This document shows, in pieces, positions 9,684-18,721 of a stretch of DNA of 64,000 nt. A model generated the notes under the pieces. That model had not been told where the DNA came from. It made no database searches and was given only the letters and a program-made list of their open reading frames with translations. Source of the stretch: an uncultured Pelagibacteraceae bacterium (GTDB lineage: Bacteria > Pseudomonadota > Alphaproteobacteria > Pelagibacterales > Pelagibacteraceae); NCBI GenBank assembly GCA_902560685.1, contig CACEMT010000002.1, forward strand, positions 861 through 64,860, given 5' to 3'. The translations under genes were made by a program, and so were the position numbers. How positions within the stretch are numbered: position 1 is the first letter of the stretch; each line of letters opens with the position of its first letter.

Positions 9684-11558
9684 CTAATTTCTTTTTAATA
9701 AACCTAATATTCCTCCAAATGAAATTAAAAACGTTGATATCCATATCCAAATCATAAATGGTTTTGTTTGATATCTAATATTAAAAATTTCTTCTCCTTT
9801 TAATAAATTTATAACCATAAATTTGTCGGAAAAAACACTTGAGATTATATCTGCTTCACTAGTTAATATATTCGGTTGGTTATAAATTCTAATCTCAGGA
9901 TAAAGTGAAATGACATTTTCTTTTTCATCTATGATTTCAAAATTTGCAATAACAGATTTATAATTTTCTTTTTCAGATATTTTAATTTTCAAAAACTTTA
10001 CCTGGTCTTTTTTAAAAGATAGTTCTTGCCCTACTTTCATATTTGCAGAAAATTCAGTAGAAAATAAACTATTAAATAAAATACTTAAAATAAATAAACT
10101 AAATCCAAAATGAGAAATGACTTGCGAAATATTATATTTTTTTTTAAATAAGTCTTCTATTGAAATAAATAACAAGTATAAGGCACCTCCTCCTATAACT
10201 GATGTAAATAAAATCTCAGATGAAGTTTTTTTTATTAAATAAAAGGATAAAATTATGCATATAAAAAATAAAATAATTCTTAAATATTTTATTTTTTCAA
10301 AATTATCTTTAATCCAGTTTAATTTTGGTCCAATTGACATAAAAATTAAAAACACAGCTAAAAAAGGAATTAACAACTTATTAAAAAATGGTGGGCCTAT
10401 TGAAATTTTTTCATTAATTAAAACCTCTAAAAATATTGGATAAATAGTTCCAATTAATACAACTGATAAAAAATACATCATAAACCAATTATTAACTAAA
10501 ATTGAAGTTTCTTTACTAATTAAAAAAAATTTTTTTTGTGAATTATTTTCTTTGTCTTGATAGATAAAAAATAGAATTAAAGATAAAAGAATTAGACCAA
10601 ACAAAAATAATAATATGAATACTCCTCTTTTAGGGTCATTTGCAAAAGTATGTACCGAATTTAAAATACCTGACCTAACTAAAAAAGTACCACTCATACT
10701 TAATGTAAATGTTGCAATAGAAAGTATTACTGTCCATGACTTAAGAAGACTTCTCTTTTCTAATACTATAATAGTATGAAGAAGTGCAGTTAAGCATAAC
10801 CATGGCATCAAAGAAACATTTTCTACTGGATCCCAAAACCAAAAACCACCCCATCCTAATTCATAATAAGCCCAAATAGATCCTAATAAAATTCCAATTG
10901 TTAAAAAAACCCATGCAATCTGTATCCATTTTTTTATATGTGCTGCCCATAGACTATTAATATTATTTTGAACCAATGATGCCAAAGAAGCAGAAAAAAT
11001 TATAGATGATCCAACATAGCCTAAATATAAAATTGGAGGATGAATTGCTAAGGCAGGATCTTGTAAAATTGGATTCAAACCAAGCCCTTCATTTGGAACA
11101 GGAAATAAGAAATTAAATGGATTTGAAGTTAAAAGTAAAAATAAAAAAAACCCACATATAATAATTTGTTGAAAAAAAATAGAGAGTAATCTGTATCTAG
11201 TTGGTTGTTTTTTTGAAAAAATAATAAATAAAAAAATAAATAAAGTCAGAACAAGCAGCCACAATAATAAGCTTCCCTCATGATTTCCCCATGTACCAGA
11301 AATTTTATAAAATATTGGTTTTGTTGTATGTGAATTATTATAAACGGTTTCATTACTAAAATCTGAAATAACAAAAGAATAAACTAGTGAAATAAAACTT
11401 ATTATAACAGTAAAAAATTGTAGAAATAGAATTGAAAAAATATTTTGATTTATTTTTGTATTATTTTTTCTAAAACAATAAATTGAGTAAATAAGTAAAC
11501 TAATTGATAAGATAAAACCTAATATAAGTGAATAATATCCTATGTGACTTGAAATCAC
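9684..11558 (-). CDS. ccmF: Heme lyase CcmF
   Basis: [22 protein letters not shown] and SVHTFA motifs. Confidence 0.95.
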   Translation of the reverse strand: MISSHIGYYSLILGFILSISLLIYSIYCFRKNNTKINQNIFSILFLQFFTVIISFISLVYSFVISDFSNETVYNNSHTTKPIFYKISGTWGNHEGSLLLWLLVLTLFIFLFIIFSKKQPTRYRLLSIFFQQIIICGFFLFLLLTSNPFNFLFPVPNEGLGLNPILQDPALAIHPPILYLGYVGSSIIFSASLASLVQNNINSLWAAHIKKWIQIAWVFLTIGILLGSIWAYYELGWGGFWFWDPVENVSLMPWLCLTALLHTIIVLEKRSLLKSWTVILSIATFTLSMSGTFLVRSGILNSVHTFANDPKRGVFILLFLFGLILLSLILFFIYQDKENNSQKKFFLISKETSILVNNWFMMYFLSVVLIGTIYPIFLEVLINEKISIGPPFFNKLLIPFLAVFLIFMSIGPKLNWIKDNFEKIKYLRIILFFICIILSFYLIKKTSSEILFTSVIGGGALYLLFISIEDLFKKKYNISQVISHFGFSLFILSILFNSLFSTEFSANMKVGQELSFKKDQVKFLKIKISEKENYKSVIANFEIIDEKENVISLYPEIRIYNQPNILTSEADIISSVFSDKFMVINLLKGEEIFNIRYQTKPFMIWIWISTFLISFGGILGLLKRN

Positions 11559-11980
11559 TTATTGTTCTCCAAAGCTTCTTTGACTTCAGGGGGCATATAA
11601 TTTTCATCGTGTTTAGCCAAAATTTTTTTTGCCTTTAAAAAACTACGATCACTTAAATAACCTTCTGCAACCACTCCCTTACCTTCTGAAAATAAATTGG
11701 GTATAGCGCCAGAATAATTAACATTTATCTCATTTTTAAAATCAGTTATTACAAAACTAACTTCATTTTGACTTAGTTTTATTGTTTGTTCTTTAACCAT
11801 TCCTCCAACTCTAATTCTTTTTGAATTATCAATTTCAGGTAAATTTTTAATTTCTGTTGGAGAAATAAAATAAACAACATTTTCTTCTAATGATTTAAGG
11901 ATTAGGAAAATAGATAAAACTATAATTAAAAAAATAAATGATAAAAACAGTAACCTTAATTTAACTTTTTTACCATACAT
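11555..11980 (-). CDS. ccmE: Heme chaperone CcmE
   Basis: RVGGMV and [10 protein letters not shown] motifs. Confidence 0.95.
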   Translation of the reverse strand: MYGKKVKLRLLFLSFIFLIIVLSIFLILKSLEENVVYFISPTEIKNLPEIDNSKRIRVGGMVKEQTIKLSQNEVSFVITDFKNEINVNYSGAIPNLFSEGKGVVAEGYLSDRSFLKAKKILAKHDENYMPPEVKEALENNK

Positions 11981-11992
11981 GACTGGTTAAAG

Positions 11993-12226
11993 TTAAATTT
12001 TTGAAACTGAATTGCTTGCTAAAATTCCTTTGTATGCTTCTTGTGCTCTAACAACTTGTTTCTTTTCAGAACTTAAAGTTAAATATTTAGCATCAAATTT
12101 AATTTTTTCTTTAACAAGCTGAACTTTAATTACTGTGTATAAAACTGAGAAACTAATCAATGTAAAAGCAAATGCTGACCAAACGTAAATCCCATAACCA
12201 TTCATTGAAATAATATCATTAATCAT
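11993..12226 (-). CDS. ccmD: Heme exporter protein CcmD
   Basis: MNGYGIYVWSAF, single TM helix; between ccmC and ccmE. Confidence 0.85.
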   Translation of the reverse strand: MINDIISMNGYGIYVWSAFAFTLISFSVLYTVIKVQLVKEKIKFDAKYLTLSSEKKQVVRAQEAYKGILASNSVSKI

Positions 12227-12930
12227 AATCTATCTAGTCCTTTATTTTTAATTTTTATCAGTTCTGTATTATATTTCATCAAAAAAATCAGGATGGAAAA
12301 TAGTGCAAATGCCGCAGTCATTAAACCTAAAGGTATCATCATAGAAGTATGTATTGAAGTTTTTGAGAAAATACTTATTGAAGCAGGTTGATGCAGTGTT
12401 GACCACCAATCAACTGAATACTTAATAATCGGAACATTTATAGCTCCTAATATTGCAATCAAAGAAGTTATTTTATTAACTTTTTCTGTGTTATCATAAA
12501 TTCTCCAAGCCAAGATATAGATAATATAAAACAGAGCTAGAATTAACATTGATGTAATTCTAGCATCCCAAGCCCACCAAGTTCCCCAGGTTGGTTTGCC
12601 CCAAATAGATCCTGTTACCAAAGCGATTATATTAAAGACTAAACCTGCTGGAGCTAAACTTTTTGCAATTAATACAAAAGATTTAATTTTAAAAATTATT
12701 ATTGAAAAAGATAAAATTGCGATAACTGAAAAAGTACCTAGAGATATCCAAGCAGAAGGTACATGAACATACATTATTCTTACTGAATGACTTTGAATGT
12801 AATCCTCTGGAGAAAATATAAGTGCTTCTAATAATCCAATTGAAATTACAATTATAAAAATTAATAAAATATATTTTGGAGCTTTTGAAGTTAATGAAAA
12901 AACTTTATTTGGCTCGAAATTTTTTAGCAT
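12223..12930 (-). CDS. ccmC: Heme exporter protein CcmC
   Basis: YVHVP, WGKPTWGTWWAWDAR and WWSTLHQ motifs. Confidence 0.95.
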   Translation of the reverse strand: MLKNFEPNKVFSLTSKAPKYILLIFIIVISIGLLEALIFSPEDYIQSHSVRIMYVHVPSAWISLGTFSVIAILSFSIIIFKIKSFVLIAKSLAPAGLVFNIIALVTGSIWGKPTWGTWWAWDARITSMLILALFYIIYILAWRIYDNTEKVNKITSLIAILGAINVPIIKYSVDWWSTLHQPASISIFSKTSIHTSMMIPLGLMTAAFALFSILIFLMKYNTELIKIKNKGLDRL

Positions 12931-12982
12931 TTAAGACTTATATATACAAAAATTTATTTTGTTGAATTGTTTTTGTGATTAT

Positions 12983-13067
12983 TCCGATCAAGAATACTAT
13001 AGAGGGAGATAAATAAGGGATAAAGAAGTATCCTTGATCAGATATGGTAATATGTTTTCTACCTATC
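12983..13067 (-). ncRNA. Candidate structured RNA (two hairpins, CU-rich anti-SD-like loop)
   Basis: 16-bp stem (12983-12998 with 13027-13042) whose two plus-strand mismatches become G-U pairs on the minus strand; 28-nt pyrimidine-rich loop; second hairpin at 13041-13067; sits in an unusually long 200-bp spacer. Confidence 0.55.
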
Positions 13068-13130
13068 AATAATATAAACTTTAGATATGTCTAAGATTTG
13101 AACTAATTGTGTTAGAATATTGACTATATA

Positions 13131-13451
13131 CTAATTTGAAGGCTTAAAATAGGTAGAGCCCTTCTTTCCTGAAAATATTTCATTAATTAAAGGATGTTTG
13201 ATTGGCTCCCCAGAATCGTCCATCAATAAATTTTGTTGGGATACATAAGCTTCATAAGTAACTTCATCATTTTCAGCTAAAAGATGATAAAAAGGCTGGT
13301 CTTTTCTTGGTCTTACATTTTTTGGTATTGATTGATACCATTCCTCTGAATTATTAAATTGGAAATCTACATCATAGATTACACCCCTAAAGTCAAAGTG
13401 CTTATGTTTTACTATATCTCCAATTGAGAATTTTGCTTTTTGTGTACTCAC
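13131..13451 (-). CDS. hspQ: Heat shock protein HspQ (YccV-like)
   Basis: KFSIGDIVKH, RGVIYDVD, QPFYHLLAE and YVSQQNL motifs. Confidence 0.92.
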   Translation of the reverse strand: MSTQKAKFSIGDIVKHKHFDFRGVIYDVDFQFNNSEEWYQSIPKNVRPRKDQPFYHLLAENDEVTYEAYVSQQNLLMDDSGEPIKHPLINEIFSGKKGSTYFKPSN

Positions 13452-13459
13452 TGCCTTAA

Positions 13460-13487
13460 ATATGGGTATTTAAATAAAAAAATCAAT
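13460..13487 (-). promoter_or_regulatory. Putative RpoH (sigma32) promoter of hspQ
   Basis: Minus strand ATTGAT-N14-ACCCATAT, just upstream of the GTG start of a heat-shock gene. Confidence 0.55.
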
Positions 13488-13529
13488 AAAAAAATTTCAA
13501 AGTTTTTTTATTCTGTTAATATATTTCTT

Positions 13530-14081
13530 GTGAACAAATCATTTCTCAAATTTATCACTGATTTTGGACCTTTATTAGTTTTTTTTAGTTTTTATTACAA
13601 AAATGAAAAAGATTTAACTGTGGCAATTCCACCATTTATAGTTGCAACTTTGATTGCTTTACTTGTTGTTTGGGTACTGGAAAAAAAAATACCAATGGTA
13701 CCTTTACTTGGTGGAATATTTATTACTTTATTTGGTGGTCTAACAATATATTTTGATAATCCTATTTTTATTTATGTTAAACCAACAATCATAAACATAC
13801 TATTTGGGATAGCACTTTTATTTGGAAAATTTTTTTCAGATGAACCAATTTTAAAAAAAATGCTTGGCAAATCTATACAATTAACTAATGAAGGTTGGCA
13901 AATCCTAAACTTAAGGTGGGTATATTTCTTCTTTGGCTTAGCATTATTAAATGAAATTATTTGGCGGACACAATCTGAAGAATTTTGGGTAAATTTTAAG
14001 GTTTGGGGAATATTGCCTTTGACAATTATTTTTACAGCTTTCCAGGTATCAATAATTAACAAATATAAATTAAATGAATAG
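13530..14081 (+). CDS. yciB: Inner membrane protein YciB/IspZ
   Basis: DFGPLLVFF, YVKPTIIN and WVNFKVWG motifs; GTG at 13530 preferred over the track start, which overlaps hspQ. Confidence 0.9.
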   Translation: MNKSFLKFITDFGPLLVFFSFYYKNEKDLTVAIPPFIVATLIALLVVWVLEKKIPMVPLLGGIFITLFGGLTIYFDNPIFIYVKPTIINILFGIALLFGKFFSDEPILKKMLGKSIQLTNEGWQILNLRWVYFFFGLALLNEIIWRTQSEEFWVNFKVWGILPLTIIFTAFQVSIINKYKLNE

Positions 14082-14412
14082 AAACTTAAAGTTAGTAATA
14101 AATAATATTTATTCTGATAAAAATTCTCAGCATTTTTTTGAAAAAAATGAATTAAAAATTATCTTAGATTTATATGCGAAAATGGTTTCTGAGGGCTCTT
14201 GGAAAGATTATGGATTGAATATTTCAAACAAACAGGTTGGTTTTTGTGTATTTAAAAATGCAACTGAAAATGCGAACTATAAAATTTGTAAAAATTTTAA
14301 ACCTATAAATAAAAACTTAAAATATTTGATTACGGACGCTAAAGGTAAAATATTAAATAACTCAAGTAATTTAAAAAATTTATTAAATAATATTAATTGG
14401 AAAAAATTATAA
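14074..14412 (+). CDS. DUF2794 family protein
   Basis: FEKNELKIILDLYAKMVSEGSWKDY resembles the F.R.EL..IL..YG.MV..GEWRDY family motif. Confidence 0.75.
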   Translation: MNRNLKLVINNIYSDKNSQHFFEKNELKIILDLYAKMVSEGSWKDYGLNISNKQVGFCVFKNATENANYKICKNFKPINKNLKYLITDAKGKILNNSSNLKNLLNNINWKKL

Positions 14413-14414
14413 TA

Positions 14415-15176
14415 TTATCTTCTTTGACCAAAAAGTCTCAATAACATTATAAATAGATTAATAAAGTCTAGATAAAGAGTTAAAGCTCCCATAACTGCTT
14501 TTTTACCCATTAATTCACCTGTATCAGAAGCTGCATACATATTCTTAATTTTTTGAGTATCATATGCGGTTAGGCCAACAAAAATTAGTACTCCTAAAAT
14601 TGAAATTATAAAATGCATCATTGAAGATTTTAGAAATATATTAACCAAAGATGCAATGATTATTCCAATTAGACCCATCATTAAAAAAGACCCTAACTTA
14701 GTCAAATCTCTCTTAGTTGTATATCCATAAATACTCATAGCACCAAAAGTTGCAGAAGTTATAAAAAACACTCTCGCAACACTAACTCCTGTATATACTA
14801 ATAATATCCATGAAAGAGATAAACCCATTAGAGCAGCAAATATCCAGAAAACTGATTGAGCTTTAGCTGCACTCATTTTGTTTATACCGAAGCTCATATA
14901 TAAAACAATTCCTAGAGGTGCCAGCATTACAATCCATTTTAAGCCTGAAAAGAACAAAGCATTTCCTAAACCTGTAAATCCGGTTATAGCTCCAGAGGCG
15001 TCAGTTACTACTGACATTTTGAATGAAAGAAGAGCTATAATTCCAGTTAGCAACACCCCAGTAGCCATGTAATTATATACTTTTAACATGTAGGCTCTTA
15101 AGCCCTCATCCATTACTACAGTTGATTTAGTGGTAGCCTTTACTTTGTTAAATATATTTTGCTTATTAAATTCCAT
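14415..15176 (-). CDS. Bax inhibitor-1/YccA family membrane protein
   Basis: DEGLRAYMLKVY, YGYTTKRDL, TAYDTQKIK and LYLDFINLF motifs. Confidence 0.92.
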   Translation of the reverse strand: MEFNKQNIFNKVKATTKSTVVMDEGLRAYMLKVYNYMATGVLLTGIIALLSFKMSVVTDASGAITGFTGLGNALFFSGLKWIVMLAPLGIVLYMSFGINKMSAAKAQSVFWIFAALMGLSLSWILLVYTGVSVARVFFITSATFGAMSIYGYTTKRDLTKLGSFLMMGLIGIIIASLVNIFLKSSMMHFIISILGVLIFVGLTAYDTQKIKNMYAASDTGELMGKKAVMGALTLYLDFINLFIMLLRLFGQRR

Positions 15177-15182
15177 ACTGTT

Positions 15183-15211
15183 TATATAATAGCCTTTTAC
15201 TATTTATTCAA
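15183..15211 (-). promoter_or_regulatory. Putative sigma70 promoter of yccA-like gene (leaderless geometry)
   Basis: TTGAAT-N17-TATATA-N6-ATG. Confidence 0.5.
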
Positions 15212-15247
15212 GATGTCATAAAAACCTTAAAAAATATTTAATATTTA

Positions 15248-16288
15248 ATGAATTATAGAAAATTAGGCATAACAGATCTTAAAGTTAGCACTATTTGTTT
15301 AGGAACAATGACTTGGGGTGAACAAAATACTCAAGAAGAAGGTTTTGAACAGATGGACTATGCCCTGGATCAGGGTGTGAATTTTTGGGATACAGCAGAA
15401 TTATATGCAGTTCCTCCTAGGGCAGAAACTTTTGGTCATACAGAAATAATTATAGGTAATTGGTTTAAAAAAACAAAAAAAAGAAAAGAAGTAATTTTAG
15501 CTACAAAAGTTGCCGGACCGAGCAGAGAGTATTTAAGAGGTGGAGGATATAATTATGGAATAGAAAAAATGACAGAAGCTATAAATGACAGTTTGAAAAG
15601 ACTACAAACAGATTATATTGACTTATATCAACTTCACTGGCCTGAAAGAAATACAAACATGTTTGGTAAATTGGGATATGAACATAAGGACAAAGGTGAT
15701 TGGAATAAGTTCGAGGATGTTTTAGGAAATTTACAAAAATTTGTTAAAGAAGGTAAAATTAGAGAAGTGGGTTTATCAAATGAAACTCCTTGGGGTGTTT
15801 CAAAATATCTTGAGATTACTAAAGAAAAAAATTTACCTAGAATGATGTCTATTCAAAATCCTTATAGCTTATTAAATAGGACATATGAAATTGGTCTTGC
15901 AGAGGTTTCTATTAGGGAACAAATTGGTTTGCTAGCATACTCTCCTTTGGCAAGTGGATACCTAAGTGGAAAATATAGAAACGAAACATACCCAAAAGGA
16001 TCCAGAATTGAGAGAGATTGGGAATTTTGGAAATATAGATATAATACTCCTAATTTGAAAAATGCAGTAGAAGAATACTACAAAATAAGCAAAAAATATA
16101 ATCTTGATATGAGTCAAATGTCTTTAAAGTTTTGTGAATTACAACCTTTTATGACAAGTGTCATTATTGGAGCAACCACAATGGAGCAGTTGAAAACTGA
16201 CATAGAAAGTGTAAATGTAAATTTAAGTGATGAAGTTATTAAAGAAATTAATGAAGTGCAAAAAATTTATCCAAACCCATGTCCATAA
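15248..16288 (+). CDS. tas: NADP(H)-dependent aldo/keto reductase (Tas-like)
   Basis: LGTMTWGEQN, DTAELY, DLYQLHWP and SNETPWG motifs; C-terminal PNPCP. Confidence 0.88.
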   Translation: MNYRKLGITDLKVSTICLGTMTWGEQNTQEEGFEQMDYALDQGVNFWDTAELYAVPPRAETFGHTEIIIGNWFKKTKKRKEVILATKVAGPSREYLRGGGYNYGIEKMTEAINDSLKRLQTDYIDLYQLHWPERNTNMFGKLGYEHKDKGDWNKFEDVLGNLQKFVKEGKIREVGLSNETPWGVSKYLEITKEKNLPRMMSIQNPYSLLNRTYEIGLAEVSIREQIGLLAYSPLASGYLSGKYRNETYPKGSRIERDWEFWKYRYNTPNLKNAVEEYYKISKKYNLDMSQMSLKFCELQPFMTSVIIGATTMEQLKTDIESVNVNLSDEVIKEINEVQKIYPNPCP

Positions 16289-16791
16289 TTAGTAAAAAAA
16301 TTATATTTTTTTTAGGTATTTTTATTTTTTCAATAAACTATGTTTCTGCTGAAGAATTAAAAAAAATTGGCAAATCTAAAGATTGGGAAACTTTAGTTTT
16401 AATTAAAGATGATGGATTAACTTGTTTTGCTCAAACTAAGCCTCTTTTACAATCTCCAAAAGCAGATAAAAGAGAAGCAAGACTTTTTGTATCATTTAGA
16501 CCAAGTGATAAAGTTGCTGACGAAATTAGTACTACATCTGGTTATGAATTTAATTCCCAAAATTCAATATTAGCTAAATCTGGGAAAAAAAATTATAAAT
16601 TTGATATTGTTCAAGATAGTTTTGCCTGGATTTCAAGTAATAAAGTCGAAAAAAAAATGATTAAGACTATGAAAAAAGGTTCTCGAATAATGATAACTGC
16701 ATATAATAAATCTGGTTCTCAAACAATTGATCACTACTCATTATTAGGTTTTACAAAAGCCTATAATATTGCAAAAAAAAGTTGCACATAA
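16279..16791 (+). CDS. Invasion-associated locus B (IalB)-like exported protein
   Basis: Signal peptide; DW...CFA, AW, MKKG and YSLLGFTKAY...C pattern. Confidence 0.7.
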   Translation: MSIISKKIIFFLGIFIFSINYVSAEELKKIGKSKDWETLVLIKDDGLTCFAQTKPLLQSPKADKREARLFVSFRPSDKVADEISTTSGYEFNSQNSILAKSGKKNYKFDIVQDSFAWISSNKVEKKMIKTMKKGSRIMITAYNKSGSQTIDHYSLLGFTKAYNIAKKSCT

Positions 16792-16797
16792 TTTTAA

Positions 16798-17982
16798 ATG
16801 AAATTAAATAAAAGAATTGTACTCGCTTATTCAGGTGGGCTAGATACTTCGATTATTTTAAAATGGCTTCAAGAAAATTATAAAGCAGAGGTTATTGCTT
16901 ATACTGCTGATATAGGACAAAAAATTAATAAAAATAAAATAATTAAAAATGCAAAAAAACTTGGAGTAAAAAAAATAATTATAGAAGATTTAAAAGATAC
17001 TTTTGTGAAAAATTATGTTTATCCAATGATAAGAGGACATGCAATTTATGAGGGCGTTTATTTATTGGGAACTTCTATTGCAAGACCGTTAATAGCAAAA
17101 GATCAAATAAAAGTTGCCAAAAAATTTAAAGCTTATGCAGTTTCACATGGATCAACAGGAAAAGGAAATGACCAAGTAAGATTTGAGCTTGGTTACCATT
17201 ACTTTGGACCAAAAATTAAAATTATAGCCCCTTGGAGAATTTGGAAACTCAAATCTAGAACTGATCTAATTAACTATGCAAAGAAACATGGAATAACAAT
17301 TCCGAAAGACAAAAAAGGTGCCCCACCATTTTCGGTGGATGATAATTTATTTCATACATCAACTGAGGGAAAAATTTTAGAAAATCCAAAAAAATCAGCA
17401 CCAGAATTTATTTTTCAAAGAACATGTTCTCCCGAAAAAGCGCCTAACAGTGCATCTTTTGTAACTATAGGATTTAAAAAAGGAGATCCAGTAGCTATAA
17501 ATGGTAAAATATTAACTCCATCAAAACTTTTAGAAAAATTAAATTATATTGCTGGTAAAAATGGGATTGGCAGAGTTGACCTTGTTGAAAATAGATTTAT
17601 TGGAATAAAATCGAGAGGTGTTTATGAAACACCTGGTGGAACTTTATTAATCAATGCACATAGAGCTATTGAGTCTGTAACATTAGACAAAGAAACAATG
17701 CATAAAAAAGATGAGATTATGCCCAAGTACGCGGAGCTTATATATAATGGTTATTGGTATTCTAAAACAAGATTTAAACTTCAAAAAATTGTTGATCGAA
17801 AAAGAAATAAAGTAAATGGATCTGTTAAACTTAAACTATATAAAGGCAATATTACAATTGTATCAAGACAGACTAAAAGTATTGCTTATTCAATGAAAAA
17901 AGTATCTTTTGAAGAAAACAAAACATTTAACAAATCAAACGTTGAAAGATTTATTAATTTTCATAAAAAAAAATTAAAATAG
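16798..17982 (+). CDS. argG: Argininosuccinate synthase
   Basis: LAYSGGLDTS, TGKGNDQVRF and SRGVYETPGG motifs. Confidence 0.97.
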   Translation: MKLNKRIVLAYSGGLDTSIILKWLQENYKAEVIAYTADIGQKINKNKIIKNAKKLGVKKIIIEDLKDTFVKNYVYPMIRGHAIYEGVYLLGTSIARPLIAKDQIKVAKKFKAYAVSHGSTGKGNDQVRFELGYHYFGPKIKIIAPWRIWKLKSRTDLINYAKKHGITIPKDKKGAPPFSVDDNLFHTSTEGKILENPKKSAPEFIFQRTCSPEKAPNSASFVTIGFKKGDPVAINGKILTPSKLLEKLNYIAGKNGIGRVDLVENRFIGIKSRGVYETPGGTLLINAHRAIESVTLDKETMHKKDEIMPKYAELIYNGYWYSKTRFKLQKIVDRKRNKVNGSVKLKLYKGNITIVSRQTKSIAYSMKKVSFEENKTFNKSNVERFINFHKKKLK

Positions 17983-17998
17983 TATATAAAATATCAGA

Positions 17999-18214
17999 TT
18001 ATTTTTTTTGATTAGTTTTTCTCGGGTCTGGAATTTCACCAAAAGATACTCTTATTACGGTAACTATTACAAAGCCTAGTGCCATAGATGACAAAATATA
18101 ATATATAAATGCCAAAGATTCACTCATAGCAAAATCTTTTAAATCAGCACCAAAATAAACTATATTCCAAAAAAGGAAAAAAAATATTTCATATATAATT
18201 ATAACTTTAAACAT
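17999..18214 (-). CDS. Small hypothetical membrane protein (2 TM)
   Basis: 71-aa ORF filling the gap; two hydrophobic segments and a basic tail. Confidence 0.55.
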   Translation of the reverse strand: MFKVIIIYEIFFFLFWNIVYFGADLKDFAMSESLAFIYYILSSMALGFVIVTVIRVSFGEIPDPRKTNQKK

Positions 18215-18362
18215 TTATTAACAATTGATTATAGACCTCTATTCTAATTAAAAAAATTTGATGCTTATTTTTTGTCGCACCTGAAATTATATTGATTAAT
18301 TAAAATTGATGCGACAAAAAAATCAAAGATCAAAATTACTTATTGAAATACCTAAAGTTAAA

Positions 18363-18488
18363 ATGAAGAAAAAAAATAAAAATAATAAAAATAAAAGCTC
18401 TATTCCATCACTATTCACGAGAAAATATATATACTACTATTATGCTTTTTTCTGGTTAATTTTAATTTGTTATTTAATCATAATTTAA
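18363..18488 (+). CDS. Small hypothetical protein (basic N-terminus, C-terminal TM)
   Basis: ATG at 18363 within the track ORF; co-oriented and 11 bp before the next gene. Confidence 0.4.
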   Translation: MKKKNKNNKNKSSIPSLFTRKYIYYYYAFFWLILICYLIII

Positions 18489-18499
18489 AAATTCAATTT

Positions 18500-18721
18500 A
18501 TGAAATATAATGTGGATGAAGTCATAGGTATGGCTTGGTCTGATAAAGTTTCTTTTGAAGAAATCAAAAAAAAAACAGGTCTTATGGAAAAAGAAGTAAT
18601 TTCTATAATGAGAAAAAATTTAAAAAAAAAAAGTTATATCGTTTGGAGGAAAAGAGTAAGAGGACGTATTTCAAAACATAAAAAAAAAACTAAAGCTGAA
18701 TTAAAATTTTATGAATTTTAA
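18500..18721 (+). CDS. TIGR03643/DUF2805 family protein
   Basis: VIGMAWSDKVSFEEIK...GL.EKEVI.IMR..LK..SY..WRKRV.GR..KH signature. Confidence 0.85.
   Translation: MKYNVDEVIGMAWSDKVSFEEIKKKTGLMEKEVISIMRKNLKKKSYIVWRKRVRGRISKHKKKTKAELKFYEF

Noticed and set aside
13440-13529. Long N-terminus of yciB in the ORF track
   Set aside because: It overlaps the hspQ start and promoter; the family-like sequence begins at GTG 13530
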